Shown here: positions 30,048 through 40,875 of the stretch, piece after piece
How positions within the stretch are numbered: position 1 is the stretch's first letter
Layout of the letters: every line of letters starts with the position of its first letter
From: an uncultured Phycisphaerales bacterium
Lineage (GTDB): Bacteria; Planctomycetota; Phycisphaerae; Tepidisphaerales; Tepidisphaeraceae
Length of the DNA: 64,000 nucleotides
Reading direction: 5' to 3'
Assembly: GCA_963755915.1 (NCBI GenBank)
Contig: CAVWLP010000002.1
Span: forward strand, 4,928,001-4,992,000
The notes under the pieces: model-generated
Databases searched by the model: none
What the model was told of the DNA's origin: nothing
Seen by the model: only the letters and a program-made list of their open reading frames with translations
Translations under genes and position numbers: made by a program

Positions 30048-31332
30048 CCGCGAAAAAGACAAAGGAAAGCAGTTCATTCACGAGCCATCTGACGCTGGCG
30101 CTGTGTACGATTCTGCACGGCTTTACGCACGCGTATGGCTCGATGCTGGTGCCGCTTTATTATCGGATTGCCGACGATTTGAAATTGCCGGGTGTGGGCC
30201 GGGCGACCCTGATCGTTACGATCTACGGCGCGGTCTACAACCTGGGAAGCTACGCGGCCGGCCTGGCGGCGGATCGATTCAGCCGAAAAAAGCTGCTGGC
30301 GATTGGATTGCTTGGCAATGCGCTGGCGATTGGGGGAATGGGATTGTGCCGGGATTATTGGGGGATTCTGGCACTGGGGGTGGCGGCGGGAATCTTCGGG
30401 ACGATTTTTCATCCTTCGGCGAACGCGCTGGCGAGCAGCCATTATCCGAAATCGCCGGGGATGGCGATTGGAATTCTGGGGATCGGCTCGGGGCTGGGAT
30501 TTTTCTTTGGTCCGCAGATCGCGGGGTGGCGGGCCGCGTCGGCGAGCTGGCATCTGTGGAATGTTGCGCAGTGGCAGAAGCCGTGCGTTGAGATGGCGAT
30601 TGCGGGGCTAATTGTGGGGATTGTCTTCATCTTGTTTGGGGCGGACGCACAGAGCCCCCACCCCAACCCTCCCCCGGAGTACCAGGGGAGGGGAAGTAAG
30701 GGGCTGGGCCGGGGAGTCGTTCGCATGGCGCTCGTGCTGATGTTCCGCGATTTCGCGGGCGTCGCGGGCCTTTCGCTTGCCGCGATTTATGTCCGCAACG
30801 TATTTCACCTCAACGTGAGCCAGGCGGGGTTGTTCGTGGGGGTGATGATGCTGCCGAGCGTGATCTTCAATCCGCTGTCGGTTTATCTGACGCCGGGGCG
30901 CCGGCGTTTGCCGGGATTGAACGTGATCCTGATCGTCGGTGGATTGGCGGCGGCGACAACGCCACTCTGGCCGCTGGCGGGAGCGCTGGTGATTCTGTGC
31001 GTTTTTCAAACGCTTCAGCTTGCCAGCTACGCGGTGAGCGACGGCGCCACGTTTGAGCGGGTCGCACCCGAATTTCGCGGGCGGGTTTCGGGGCTTTTTC
31101 TGCAGATCGCCGGCACGTTCGTGCGCTGGGGCCATGGGTGATGGGGGCGTGGACGGACCGGCTGCCGGCGCCGCATATGCAGTCGAGCTATTTTGCGCTG
31201 TATGCGGTGATCGGCGCATCGATGATCGTGGCGGCGGCCGCGCCGAGGTTGATTGGGCGGCTTGGGCCGGTGGTTGCGCGGGTTGACCCGATGCGCGAAA
31301 TTTCGCCGGAGACGATGGGGGCGGTTCCTTGA
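30044..31332 (+). CDS. MFS transporter (frameshift near 31130)
   Basis: GLAADRFSRK motif A, FHPSA, many TM helices; GTGA overlap with the recQ stop. Confidence 0.85.
30654..30693. repeat. 40-bp palindromic element (family C), intragenic copy
   Basis: gcccccaccccaaccctcccccggagtaccaggggagggg, identical to 41932..41971. Confidence 0.9.
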
Positions 31333-31974
31333 TCAGGATCTTTGCGAGACGATGAGCTGGCCGTCGTCCTTCAGCCAGGCGTCGCAGGTATGGCGGGTAC
31401 CGTCGATGTCATAATCGAAAGTGAAGTGGGAGGGGTCGGCGATGTCGGGTTGGGCGGCAAAGAATTTCCAGTGCCGCTTGCTGATGAAGGGGCTCTCCAG
31501 GCCGGCAAAGGTCGCCTCATCGGCTTTCAGTAATTGCGGGCTTACCGCGGCGGACCACTCGCGATACTCGAGCCGGAGCATGTTGGTGTCATAGGCGAGC
31601 TGGGAGAAGCTGGAGATGGAAAGAAGCACCAGCCGGCGCTCTCCGGAAGGCGTTTGCATTTCGTGCAGGAAGACGGTGCCGTCGTCGGCGGTTCGATCGT
31701 CGAGGTATCGCTGCATCGAGTTCAGCGGCGGGCAAAACTCGGAATATAGAATATTGCAGTTGCTGGTTTCCAGAACCAGATGAGCGGGTGATTGCCGGTA
31801 GATCATGCAGCGATGCTGCCAGTAGAGAAAATTGCCCCATCGCCAGAGGCCTGGTCCCCAGAAGACCAGGACGGCCAGCATCGCGCCGACAAAAATGGCG
31901 CGATAGAGCCACAACATGATCCGGCTCGTCGGAGGCGGCTTACGCGCGTAATTGAGGGGATTGACCGCATCCAT
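31333..31974 (-). CDS. Hypothetical single-TM protein (paralog of 37909..38733)
   Basis: PLNY..TM..LYWQHRC..FLHEMQTPSG..FFAAQ..FTFDYDIDG. Confidence 0.65.
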   Translation of the reverse strand: MDAVNPLNYARKPPPTSRIMLWLYRAIFVGAMLAVLVFWGPGLWRWGNFLYWQHRCMIYRQSPAHLVLETSNCNILYSEFCPPLNSMQRYLDDRTADDGTVFLHEMQTPSGERRLVLLSISSFSQLAYDTNMLRLEYREWSAAVSPQLLKADEATFAGLESPFISKRHWKFFAAQPDIADPSHFTFDYDIDGTRHTCDAWLKDDGQLIVSQRS

Positions 31975-32039
31975 TCGGTTCGAGCGGGCATCATATTGAT
32001 TTATCGGCGAGGCGCGAAGGGGCGCGAAGGGGCGGCGCT

Positions 32040-32859
32040 TCATTGCTCAAACGCGGCGGGCACGAAAATCGGACGGCCATCCGGATGATTCAGGAATCGG
32101 TTCATGAGCTGCCCGCGCGATTCGATCTTCAGGCGGGCGTACAAATCCTTGATGTAGGTCGCCACCGTCTGGGCGGAAAGCCCCATTTCCGTGGCTACTT
32201 CCTTGGACGTTTTGCCCTGGAGAAGCGACCGCAGCGTGAGCCGCAGGCGATGCGGCAGGGAAAGATATGCCGGGTCGGTGGAAGCGCTGATCGGCCAGAG
32301 CCGGCGCAGCAGTTCGACGTGAAACAGGCGGGCGATCCGCTGCTCGCGAACGGTAAACGGTTTGTCTCCCCAGGGGCGATAGATCGCAGAGCCCAAAATC
32401 ACGTCCGGCCGGGAAGTCGCGGGTGGAGGCCATCAGGTAATCATCCACGCCTGCCGGGCGGCGCGATTCCATAACGACCGGCGAGGAGTACCAGCGCTTC
32501 GAGTCGACCATTTCCACCCGCGGCCTGAGGAGGAACGAGCGATTCGTATGCAGATTCAGCAGGGCCTCCGTCGCGGGGTCCTCGCCGAGCTCGGAGGAAT
32601 CCAAATACCTGGCCCAGAGGCGATACTCGTGATCGGTGGTGAATCCGAAAGTCATCGGCTCCATCGGAATTGGCGTCTGGCCGGGCAGCGCGTTTCGCAT
32701 CCCCATGGAGATGCCGAGGCGCGTGCCGGTGAGCCGGCACAGGCCTTGGAGCATGTGCAGCCGCCAGGCATTTGGCTCGATTCCGCGCTCGCTGATTTCG
32801 GCGAGGAGGTGATAGACCCCGCGGATTTCGCGGAGCCGAAGTGCCTGTGAATGACCCAT
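32040..32859 (-). CDS. LuxR-type C-terminal HTH regulator (frameshifted)
   Basis: LLQGKTSKEVATEMGLSAQTVATYIKDLY; GAF-like N-terminal half in another frame. Confidence 0.82.
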
Positions 32860-32967
32860 GCAAGATCGCCTGTGTTGAGTCCGCAAACGGCGTCGGTTTA
32901 CTGAATCCGGCCGCTTTCGTTGAGATACCCCAATTTTGGGACATTGCAAGGGAAAAATGGGTGGGTT

Positions 32968-33258
32968 TCAGATGACCTGCAAAAGCTGGAGCTGCGAGAT
33001 GGTCCTGGGATCGAAGTCGATTCGCTGCTCGAACGTTCCGGCCAGTCCCTCGCGGTTCAGGGCGATAATCCAGCCTTCCTCGACGATCAACTCTTCGATC
33101 ACACGTCCGTCGGCAAGAGTTGCCTGGCAAATCGCGGTGTATTTTCGCTTGGGGGAGCCGTTTTCGACGAGATATTTTCGCCACTCTTCGGGCAGGACTT
33201 TGGCGAGCCGATTGCGCGGTGGGGTGCGGGAGTGCATTTGCGTGGGGATGATACTCAA
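32968..33258 (-). CDS. Hypothetical protein
   Basis: Protein-like ORF co-oriented with its neighbours. Confidence 0.55.
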   Translation of the reverse strand: MSIIPTQMHSRTPPRNRLAKVLPEEWRKYLVENGSPKRKYTAICQATLADGRVIEELIVEEGWIIALNREGLAGTFEQRIDFDPRTISQLQLLQVI

Positions 33259-33274
33259 ACTTCGAAATCAAAGC

Positions 33275-33390
33275 TTCACCGCAGAGCACGCAGAGAGCGC
33301 GGAGAAAATGCGGGACAGAGGCTTTGAATACAATTCAATTAGTTGGCTTTCTCAGCGCTCTCTGCGTGCTCTAGCGAAGCGGGCGGTGAA
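33275..33390. repeat. Palindromic repeat family B (TTCACCGC...GCGGTGAA)
   Basis: ttcaccgcagagcacgcagagagcgc ... gcgctctctgcgtgctctagcgaagcgggcggtgaa; related ends at 41892 and 42009..42050. Confidence 0.8.
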
Positions 33391-33392
33391 TC

Positions 33393-34434
33393 TTAGGCGA
33401 TCGCTTCGGCGCAATTGACCTCATCAGCGGCAGCGTCTGGCGGCCAGACGCCGGGAGCATCTTCGGCGTACCACCGATCGAGAACGGCCTGCCAATCGCG
33501 GAGACTCTGCACTCGGATAAATTCCTGTTTGACTTCGACGGCCTGCGGATGAAATCGGCTGTACTTGATTCCCATTTTCCGCATCCGCCGGCCGGCAAGC
33601 GATTCGCCGTGAATCTGCTGGGCGATCTGGAAATGCTCGGCGAGGGCGCGGCGCTGCTGGGGGATGGCTGGAGGGGACAACTCGACTTCTGGGTTTTGCA
33701 GAAGCCGGCGGGCGTGATCGAAGATCCAGGGATTTCCGATTGCGCCGCGCGATCCAGACCGCATCGACGCCGGTCTGATGATACATGCGAACGGCATCCT
33801 GGGCTGTGAAAATGTCGCCGCTGCCCAGAATCGTTCGATTTGGATATTGCTGCTTGAGACGCGTAAGAAATGGCCAGTGCGAAGAGCCGAGGTATTTCTG
33901 CTCGACGGTGCGGGCATGGACGCGCGCGGCGGAAAAACCGAGGGACCATGCGGTCTCCATAATCCGAAAAAATCGCTCTTCCGACTCGGCCGAATCGTCG
34001 AAGCCCCGGCGCAGGCTCACCGTCAGCGGAATATCGGCAACCGTATCGCGAACGGCGCGCATGATCGAAATGCCCCGCTCGACGTCGAGGAGCATGTGGC
34101 CGCCGCGCGCCTTGTTTTTGATCTTCTTGACGGGGCAGGCGAAGTTGAGATCGATGACGTCGTAGCCGGCGCCGGCGAGGATTCCGGCGGCTTGCGACAT
34201 CGTGTCGGAATCGCTGCCGATGATCTGGCCGGCGACGGGGTGGTCTTCGTCGTTGATGTCGATCGATTTTCGCAGCCCCTCGCCGCCGTTGCAGAGGGTG
34301 ATATCGAGCAGCGCTTCGGTGACGGCGTAAGGGCAACCCCTGCGGCGGGCGACCACGCGCATGGCGCGATCGCTATATCCCGCCAGGCCTGCCTGGCAAA
34401 ATGGCGACGAGAGTTTTACCGTGCCGATCTGCAC
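33393..34434 (-). CDS. tRNA-dihydrouridine synthase (DusB-like), frameshift near 33745
   Basis: LAGYSD, IDLNFACPVKK, VHART, GSGDI, then RGAIGNPWIF in a shifted frame. Confidence 0.9.
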
Positions 34435-34440
34435 AGAACC

Positions 34441-34944
34441 TCAAACGCTCACGCCGAATTCGTCGGAGCGGTTCGCCAGCTCATCGGCGATGAGCGACGC
34501 CTTTTCCATGTCGTCAACCGATCGCGGCTCTTTCATCGGCTGCTCGTGGTAGTAGGCGACCTTGCCGTCCTTTGCGACGATCACCGTCCCCCGCTTGGTG
34601 CAGTTGTAGGGCTCTTCACCGGCCCACATGCCGTAGGCCTTGGCCATTTTGCGAGTGGCGTCGGAAAGAAGGTCGTAGGGGATGCCGTATTGTTTGCGGA
34701 AAGCTGCGTGGCAGAAGGGGCTGTCGCAACTGACGCCGAAAACGACCGTTTCGTCATCCTTGGCGATTCTGCCCAGTTCCGGGCCGAAAGTGCAGTGCTC
34801 CTGCGTGCAGACGGGGCTGAAATCCATCGGATAGAAGAGCAGGATGACCTTCTTCTTGCCGCGATAATCGGAGAGCTTCACTTTTGTTTTATCCTGATTC
34901 ATCAGCTCGAATTCTGGGGCAGTTTGGCCTGGTTTTAATGGCAT
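34441..34944 (-). CDS. Peroxiredoxin (AhpC/TSA, BCP-like)
   Basis: FYPMDFSPVCTQEHC, GVSCDS, LLSD. Confidence 0.9.
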   Translation of the reverse strand: MPLKPGQTAPEFELMNQDKTKVKLSDYRGKKKVILLFYPMDFSPVCTQEHCTFGPELGRIAKDDETVVFGVSCDSPFCHAAFRKQYGIPYDLLSDATRKMAKAYGMWAGEEPYNCTKRGTVIVAKDGKVAYYHEQPMKEPRSVDDMEKASLIADELANRSDEFGVSV

Positions 34945-35172
34945 GTTTTCCATGTTGAGACTCCTTTGCGGGCAATAGTAGGGTCTGGAGCCGGACATGT
35001 GAAGAATAAAGCACGAGTTTCAGGGATTCTTAAGGTTGGGACCCGGTTGGACAAAAATGGGAATAGATTTCATATTTTCCTATTGAGATCGAATTACAAA
35101 AATGATAAATCTTCTACGCGGGGATATTTTGCTTGTCTGCGTGTCAGGCAAAACCCCTGGGGGTCCTCAAAA

Positions 35173-35996
35173 ATGCGACTAGGTTCGATGGTATCGCCAA
35201 TTATTATTTGTAGCGGCGTTATCCGGTCTGGTTCTACGTGGTCATTTAATGTTTGCCGGCTGCTGGCGGGGATCCTGGCAAAGCAGCGTGGCCAGTCATT
35301 AGGAAGCGCGTATCTCGCCCAGGAAGCGTTCGAGCGCTTTCTGCTGGTCGATTCGCTGATGCGCGAGGGCCCGGTTGTGATCAAGAGTCACGAGCTCGGT
35401 CCCGAAGCGCTGATGCGCATCCGCAAGGGGGAGGCGAAATGCATTTGCACCATGCGCGATCCGCGCGATTGTGTCGCCTCGGACATGGTCTTCAACGCCC
35501 GCGGGTTCGACGCCTCGGTGAAACGGGTGATCCTCAGCTTCAGCTCACTGCAGAAGCACGCGCAGGATTTCGGGCGCACACTTTCGTGCGCTATGAAGAC
35601 ATGATCATGGACCGGCAATGGCAGATCCGGAAAATCGCCGCCTTTTTGAACATCCAGGTCGATCGAAACCAGGTGGAGATGATCGACCGCGAAACCAACA
35701 TCGACGCCTGCCGGAAAATCTGCGACGACCTGAAGCAGCATCCCGAGAAGGCGGATGGGATCGATTTCGACGGGCATCGCCGCGAGCGCGTGACCCTTCT
35801 GCACGACAACCACATCGGCAGCGGAATGGTCGGCCGATGGCGGAAGGATCTGACGGATTCGCAGGTGAAGGAAGTCAACCAGATCTTCGACCGCACGGTG
35901 GAGATTCTGGGCTACCCGAGCGTGGCCGGGGTCGACTCGGTGGTTCCAATGCATCCACCGGCGACGACCCCGATGAACCACAGCCGGCCGGCATAG
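35173..35996 (+). CDS. Sulfotransferase-domain protein (frameshift near 35580)
   Basis: PAPS-binding RSGSTW, IKSH, RDPRDCVAS, RYED and GRW motifs. Confidence 0.82.
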
Positions 35997-36347
35997 GGGG
36001 TTGGGCGGGATCTGAATTTCGAAAGAGACTGTCCATAGGCGCGAGCAATGGAATTCGATATGGCTCGCCGCATTGATAGCCGCGCGTTCATCTCCTGAGT
36101 TATTGACCTCAGCCCTTCCCGCCATGCATCTGAAAAATGTCACCTGACGATCCTGAGAGAGTTACACATCGTCATAAGGATGCAACCGCATATGAATAAA
36201 TATTTTGCGCCTGGGGTAACAACACAACTGATTGATTGCATAGGTAAACGTGTTCCCTTCGTCACGGCGGGCCAATCCCGACAATAAGAACAAATAATTA
36301 TACAGAAGCACTGCAAGATTACCGATTTATGAACGAACAGGGCATAA

Positions 36348-37833
36348 ATGAACAATAAGTTGCTAAGCGAGATTCTGGAGACGAGGGAACTGCCGAGTCT
36401 GCCGCGTGTGGCTGTGCGGGTTTTGGACCTCGCCAAAGAAAAAGACGTGAGTTTTGGACGTATCGCGGACGCGATAGGTGACGACCCGGTCCTGGCGGCC
36501 AAAATCCTCAAGATGGTGAACAGCAGCTTCTACGGCATCTCCCAGCCGGTCAAGACCATCAACCATGCCCTGGTGCTTCTGGGGCTTCAAACCATCAAAG
36601 CCGTCGCCGTAGGCTTTTCGCTCGTGCGCGGCGTCAACGCCAGGCGCAGCGAAACATTCGATTATGTGCGCTTCTGGCGGCAGTCGCTCTATACGGCCGT
36701 CTTCGCCCGCGCCCTTGCCAAGCTGCAATCTTCTGAAGACTGCGAAGAGGCTTTCCTGGCCGGCCTGCTGTCGGACCTGGGGACTCTGACGATGCATCGA
36801 GCGCTAGGTAAAGAATACGACGCGGTTCTCGAGGCTTGCGGCGGAAGCCAGGAAAAGCTTCTGCGTCTTTCGCAGGAGAATTTTGACCTCGATCATGCGG
36901 TCGTTGGCGCCGCCCTGGCGGAGCGATGGAATCTGCCGCTGACGCTGGTGGCGCCGATCAGGAATCATCTAACCCCCGAAAATGGATCGGATGGCCGTGA
37001 CCTGATTGAAGCCGTCCATTCAGCGCCTGTGCGCGCAGGTCTTCGCCGCCACCCAAAGCGGATTTTTCGAGGTCGCGCGCAATCGCCTGGATACGGTTTT
37101 CGGCCTCTCCTGGACCCAAACCAACGACCTGTTTGCCGAGATTGACGCCAAAACCAGCGAAATGGCGGGGCTACTGGAAATTGGGATGCATCCCGGCCGC
37201 AGCTATACGGAGGTTGAGGAAGAAGTGCGCGAGGCGCTGATACAGCTTACCCTGGTCGCCCAGCGCCAGGCGGAGGCGGTGCTGGTGCAGAACAAGCGAT
37301 TGAACGCGCTGGCCAGAACCGATGGACTCACGGGCCTTTCAAACCGGCGGCATTTCACGGAGTTTTTGCTCGAGGCATTCACCGAGGCGGTCACGGAAAA
37401 CAAACCGCTGAGCCTCATCATGCTCGATATCGACCGCTTTAAATCGGTGAACGACTCTTATGGCCACCAAGCCGGCGATGCAGTGCTGGAGAATGTCGCC
37501 GCGGTCGTCAAGTCTGCAACGGCCGAAGTTGGCCTTTGCGCACGATATGGCGGCGAAGAAATGGCGATCATTTTGAAAGGGGTTTCGGCCGGGGACGCGA
37601 TGGAATTCGCGGAACAAATCCGCGCCGCCGTCGCGGACATTAAAACCTCCATTGATTCCCTGACGATCCCGGTAACAGCCAGCCTCGGCGTGGCCACGAT
37701 GGATCAGGCCTCAGGGTTCACTTCCCCCGATGAAATCATCGGAGCAGCCGATCGAGCGCTCTATACCGCGAAAGAGGGCGGGAGGAATTGCGTGCGGATG
37801 ATCGGGAATTGCTCGCAGAGAGATGCGGCTTAG
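36348..37833 (+). CDS. HDOD-GGDEF diguanylate cyclase (frameshift near 37025)
   Basis: LPSLP..DPVLAAKILKMVNSSFY (HDOD); DGLTGLSNR, DIDRFKSVND.YGH and RYGGEE. Confidence 0.9.
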
Positions 37834-37908
37834 CTATGACCGAACCGCCGCTGGTCTCCAACTGCCGTCAAGCACGCCAGTTCGTCGCTTAAGGGACCAG
37901 ACGCACAC

Positions 37909-38733
37909 TCAATAGTTGTAGTTACCCGGTTGAATCACAAAGCTGGCGTAACGCGATGCCAGGAAGAGGCAAATGTTATCGCCCCCCATCTGAGGGTATT
38001 TCCACCGATCGTCGAGGTGAGCGTCGAGGTAGTCGCGCTTCCCATCGAAGTCGTATGGGATCGTGAAGCGGCTACAGTCCTTTGAAGTAATTTGCGCGGC
38101 GTAAAAGCGCAAATCCAGGGGACGCCAATCATCTTCGGGTTCGAATTTCGACCAAAGGACATTCCCGGAAACCTCGATGGGTGGCGAAACCAACGTTGCG
38201 GGGCGAAAGATCTGGCAATCGATGTTGAAGTCGTGCCGAAACGGCCAGATTATACCAACGAGCGGTCCGTCTGTTTCGCAGATCCAGTCAGCTCGCAGAA
38301 TGACGAGGTAAGAAGCGCCGGAGGTGGCCTGCATTCTATGGGCAAACAAGATTCGGGGACTCATCGGACAGGGAAACTGTCGCGGATTCAGCGAGAGAAA
38401 CTTTACCAGACATTGTGGAATCGCCGCGATGGCGCCATCGGGCACCCCATTGTCCGGATCGGACAAATAACCGCGTCCGGCAACAGGGAGCCTGGAGTTA
38501 TCCTTTCCGACTGCCTCATAAGTGATAAGGCCTGAAGGCGGACTGTAATTAAGACACTCGTGCTGCCAATAAAGCTGACAAATTTGACGCCAGACAGGCG
38601 CTTCCCACCGGTGCCATGCAATAGTTATTCCCGCGACCACGAACGCGATTAATAGCGGACCACTGTATCGCTTCCACCAGTTCGGTGCCCGCGAGAAGTA
38701 TTCGAGCGGAATCGGTGGGGACGGTGCGCTCAT
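37909..38733 (-). CDS. Hypothetical single-TM protein (paralog of 31333..31974)
   Basis: PLEY..TM..LYWQHEC..FAHRMQATSG..FYAAQ..FTIPYDFDG. Confidence 0.65.
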   Translation of the reverse strand: MSAPSPPIPLEYFSRAPNWWKRYSGPLLIAFVVAGITIAWHRWEAPVWRQICQLYWQHECLNYSPPSGLITYEAVGKDNSRLPVAGRGYLSDPDNGVPDGAIAAIPQCLVKFLSLNPRQFPCPMSPRILFAHRMQATSGASYLVILRADWICETDGPLVGIIWPFRHDFNIDCQIFRPATLVSPPIEVSGNVLWSKFEPEDDWRPLDLRFYAAQITSKDCSRFTIPYDFDGKRDYLDAHLDDRWKYPQMGGDNICLFLASRYASFVIQPGNYNY

Positions 38734-38908
38734 CAGCTTGAAGTGCGGCCACTCGTATTACGGACGAGTTGACAGAAAGTTGCAGAAACGCCGCAGAAGG
38801 GCCACACAAAGACAAAAAATACCCTCCAGACCTCGTTCGGCATTTGGCAATCGGCATTGATCCCCGCCAACTTGTCCATTCGCCCAGGGCCTCATACAGT
38901 TCTCATAG

Positions 38909-39706
38909 ATGAACCCGACAACGATCGAGACGACCCAGCCCGCGACAACGGAACGGCCGGTGCGGCTTCGCATCCGCCGGCAGGACGGGCCTGACAAGCC
39001 GCCGCGGTGGGAGGAATTTGCCGTCCCACGACGGCCGAACATGAACATCATTTCCTGCCTGCAATACATCGCCGCCCATCCGACAACCATCGAAGGAAAG
39101 GCGACGACGCCGCCGGTTTAGGACAGCGGATGCCTGGAGGAAGTCTGCGGCGCCTGCACGATGGTGATCAACGGCCGGGTGCGGCAGAGCTGCTCGGCCC
39201 TGGTCGACAAGCTTGGCGGTCGAGCGAGCCAATCACGCTGGAGCCGATGAAGAAATTTCCGCTGGTGCGCGACCTTGTTCGTCGATCGCTCCCGGCTGTT
39301 CAACGATCTGAAAGCGATGAAAGCCTGGGTGCCGATCGACGGAACCTACGATCTCGGCCAGGGGCCGGCCATCTCCCAGACGAAGCAGGAAGAGCGCTAT
39401 CCGCTGTCGCGCTGCATCAGTTGCGGATGCTGCCTGGAGGCGTGCCCGCAATACACGCCGGTGAATCATTTCGTCGGCGCGGCCGTCATCAGCCAGGTGC
39501 GGCTCTTCAACGATCACCCCACCGGCAACGCCCTGAAATCGGAGCGGCTGGACACGCTGATGGAAGAAGGCGGCGTCGCCGATTGCGGCAAAGGCCGGCA
39601 ACTGCGTGCAGGTCTGCCCCAAGGAAATCCCGCTTCTGGAAAGCATCGCCACGCGTGCAGCGGCAGGCGACGGTTCAAACCGATCAAGAAATTTTTCTCA
39701 CGGTGA
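38909..39706 (+). CDS. sdhB: Succinate dehydrogenase Fe-S subunit, disrupted (in-frame TAG plus several frameshifts)
   Basis: CLEEVCGACTMVING..SC, CISCGCCLEACP and CVQVCPK Cys clusters spread across frames. Confidence 0.85.
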
Positions 39707-39709
39707 CCA

Positions 39710-40137
39710 TTGAAGAGATTCCTCGTTCCGTTCGTGGTTGTCGATCTCATTTTTGTCGCTGGGATTGTTTTCTACTTTTTATACGTGCGAAGGGGCCCTT
39801 CCGCTTCGGCGGGATCGCCAAACATTCACGCCGAGGTTCGCCACACGGAGACCGACCTGACGGAAATCGACCTGGTGAACGACGGCAACGCCCCGGTCCA
39901 TTGGCGGTCGATGTCGATGTTTCCTGGCCCGATGCGGATTTTGTGGATGCGAAGGGGCTCTCATCGTTCGACAAAATCGAAACGGGCAGGCGAAGTTTGC
40001 GGTTTCATCCGCAGACGTCATTGACGGGAACGCAAATCTATCCGGGAAAGCCGGAGGCCGTGGGGTGGGTAAAACTTACCGATGATGTGCCGGTGCATGC
40101 GGAAATCGTCAGCGACGACAACACGACGCAACCATAA
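39710..40137 (+). CDS. Hypothetical membrane-anchored protein (frameshifted)
   Basis: N-terminal TM helix; the continuation ends NTTQP in another frame. Confidence 0.5.
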
Positions 40138-40154
40138 CGCGGAAAAGAGCTCGT

Positions 40155-40659
40155 ATGGCCAAACCGCGGCTCATCATTTTTCGGGATTGCCGGGCACGGG
40201 GAAGACGGCGGTGGCCAAAGTTCTGGCGGCGCGAATGACCGCGGTTTATCTTCGTGCCGATACGATTGAAACTGCGCTCCGAGATGGGGGGATTTCGAAG
40301 ATTGATGGACTGGGGTACATGGTCGCGTGTGCGATCGTCGCGAGAACCTGCAGCTTGGCAATTCAGTTGTCGCGGATTCAGTGAATCCCTGGAGGCTGAC
40401 ACGCGATTGGTGGAGAGCGGCTGCGAAAGATGTGAATGCTCCATACTTCGATGTGGAAGTCGTTTGCTCTGACATCAGCGAGCACCGGCGGAGGGTTGAA
40501 AATCGAAGCAGTGATATCACCGGCCTAGCGCTGCCCACTTGGCAGGAGGTGGTGGACCGCGAATATCATCCCTGGACGGAGCTGCGGCTGCAGATCGATA
40601 CGGCAGTCCTTACGATTCAGGACGCCGCCGATAAGATACTTCAATGGGTTTCCCAGTAA
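40155..40659 (+). CDS. P-loop kinase (AAA_33-like), frameshifted
   Basis: SGLPGTGKT, YLRADTIE, SVVADSVNP and EHRRRVENR. Confidence 0.82.
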
Positions 40660-40755
40660 CGGCAAGATCGGGTTTAACCGCCCGCTTCGCTGGAGACCGC
40701 AAAGACCGCAAAGCAAATGCTGATTTACATTTTCTATGGCACTTCAATACTCGCA

Positions 40756-40826
40756 TTTCTTGGCGCTGTTGGCGTCTTGGCGGTTAAAAATCTTATAACC
40801 CGCCAAGACGCCAAGAGCGCAAGAAA
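40756..40826. repeat. Palindromic repeat family A, copy 2
   Basis: tttcttggcgctgttggcgtcttggcggtt ... aacccgccaagacgccaagagcgcaagaaa. Confidence 0.8.
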
Positions 40827-40875
40827 ATACAGAAGATATTTTATATTGCCCGTTTTTGATTAAGCTGGTCATACG

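Noticed and set aside
35140-35172. GGCAAAACCC motif as a c-di-GMP-I riboswitch near the GGDEF gene
   Set aside because: The GAAA tetraloop stem and the second hairpin are missing.
39119-39121. Stop-codon recoding (TAG read-through) in sdhB
   Set aside because: Single case in an error-rich patch; TAG is used as a normal stop elsewhere and RF1 is intact.
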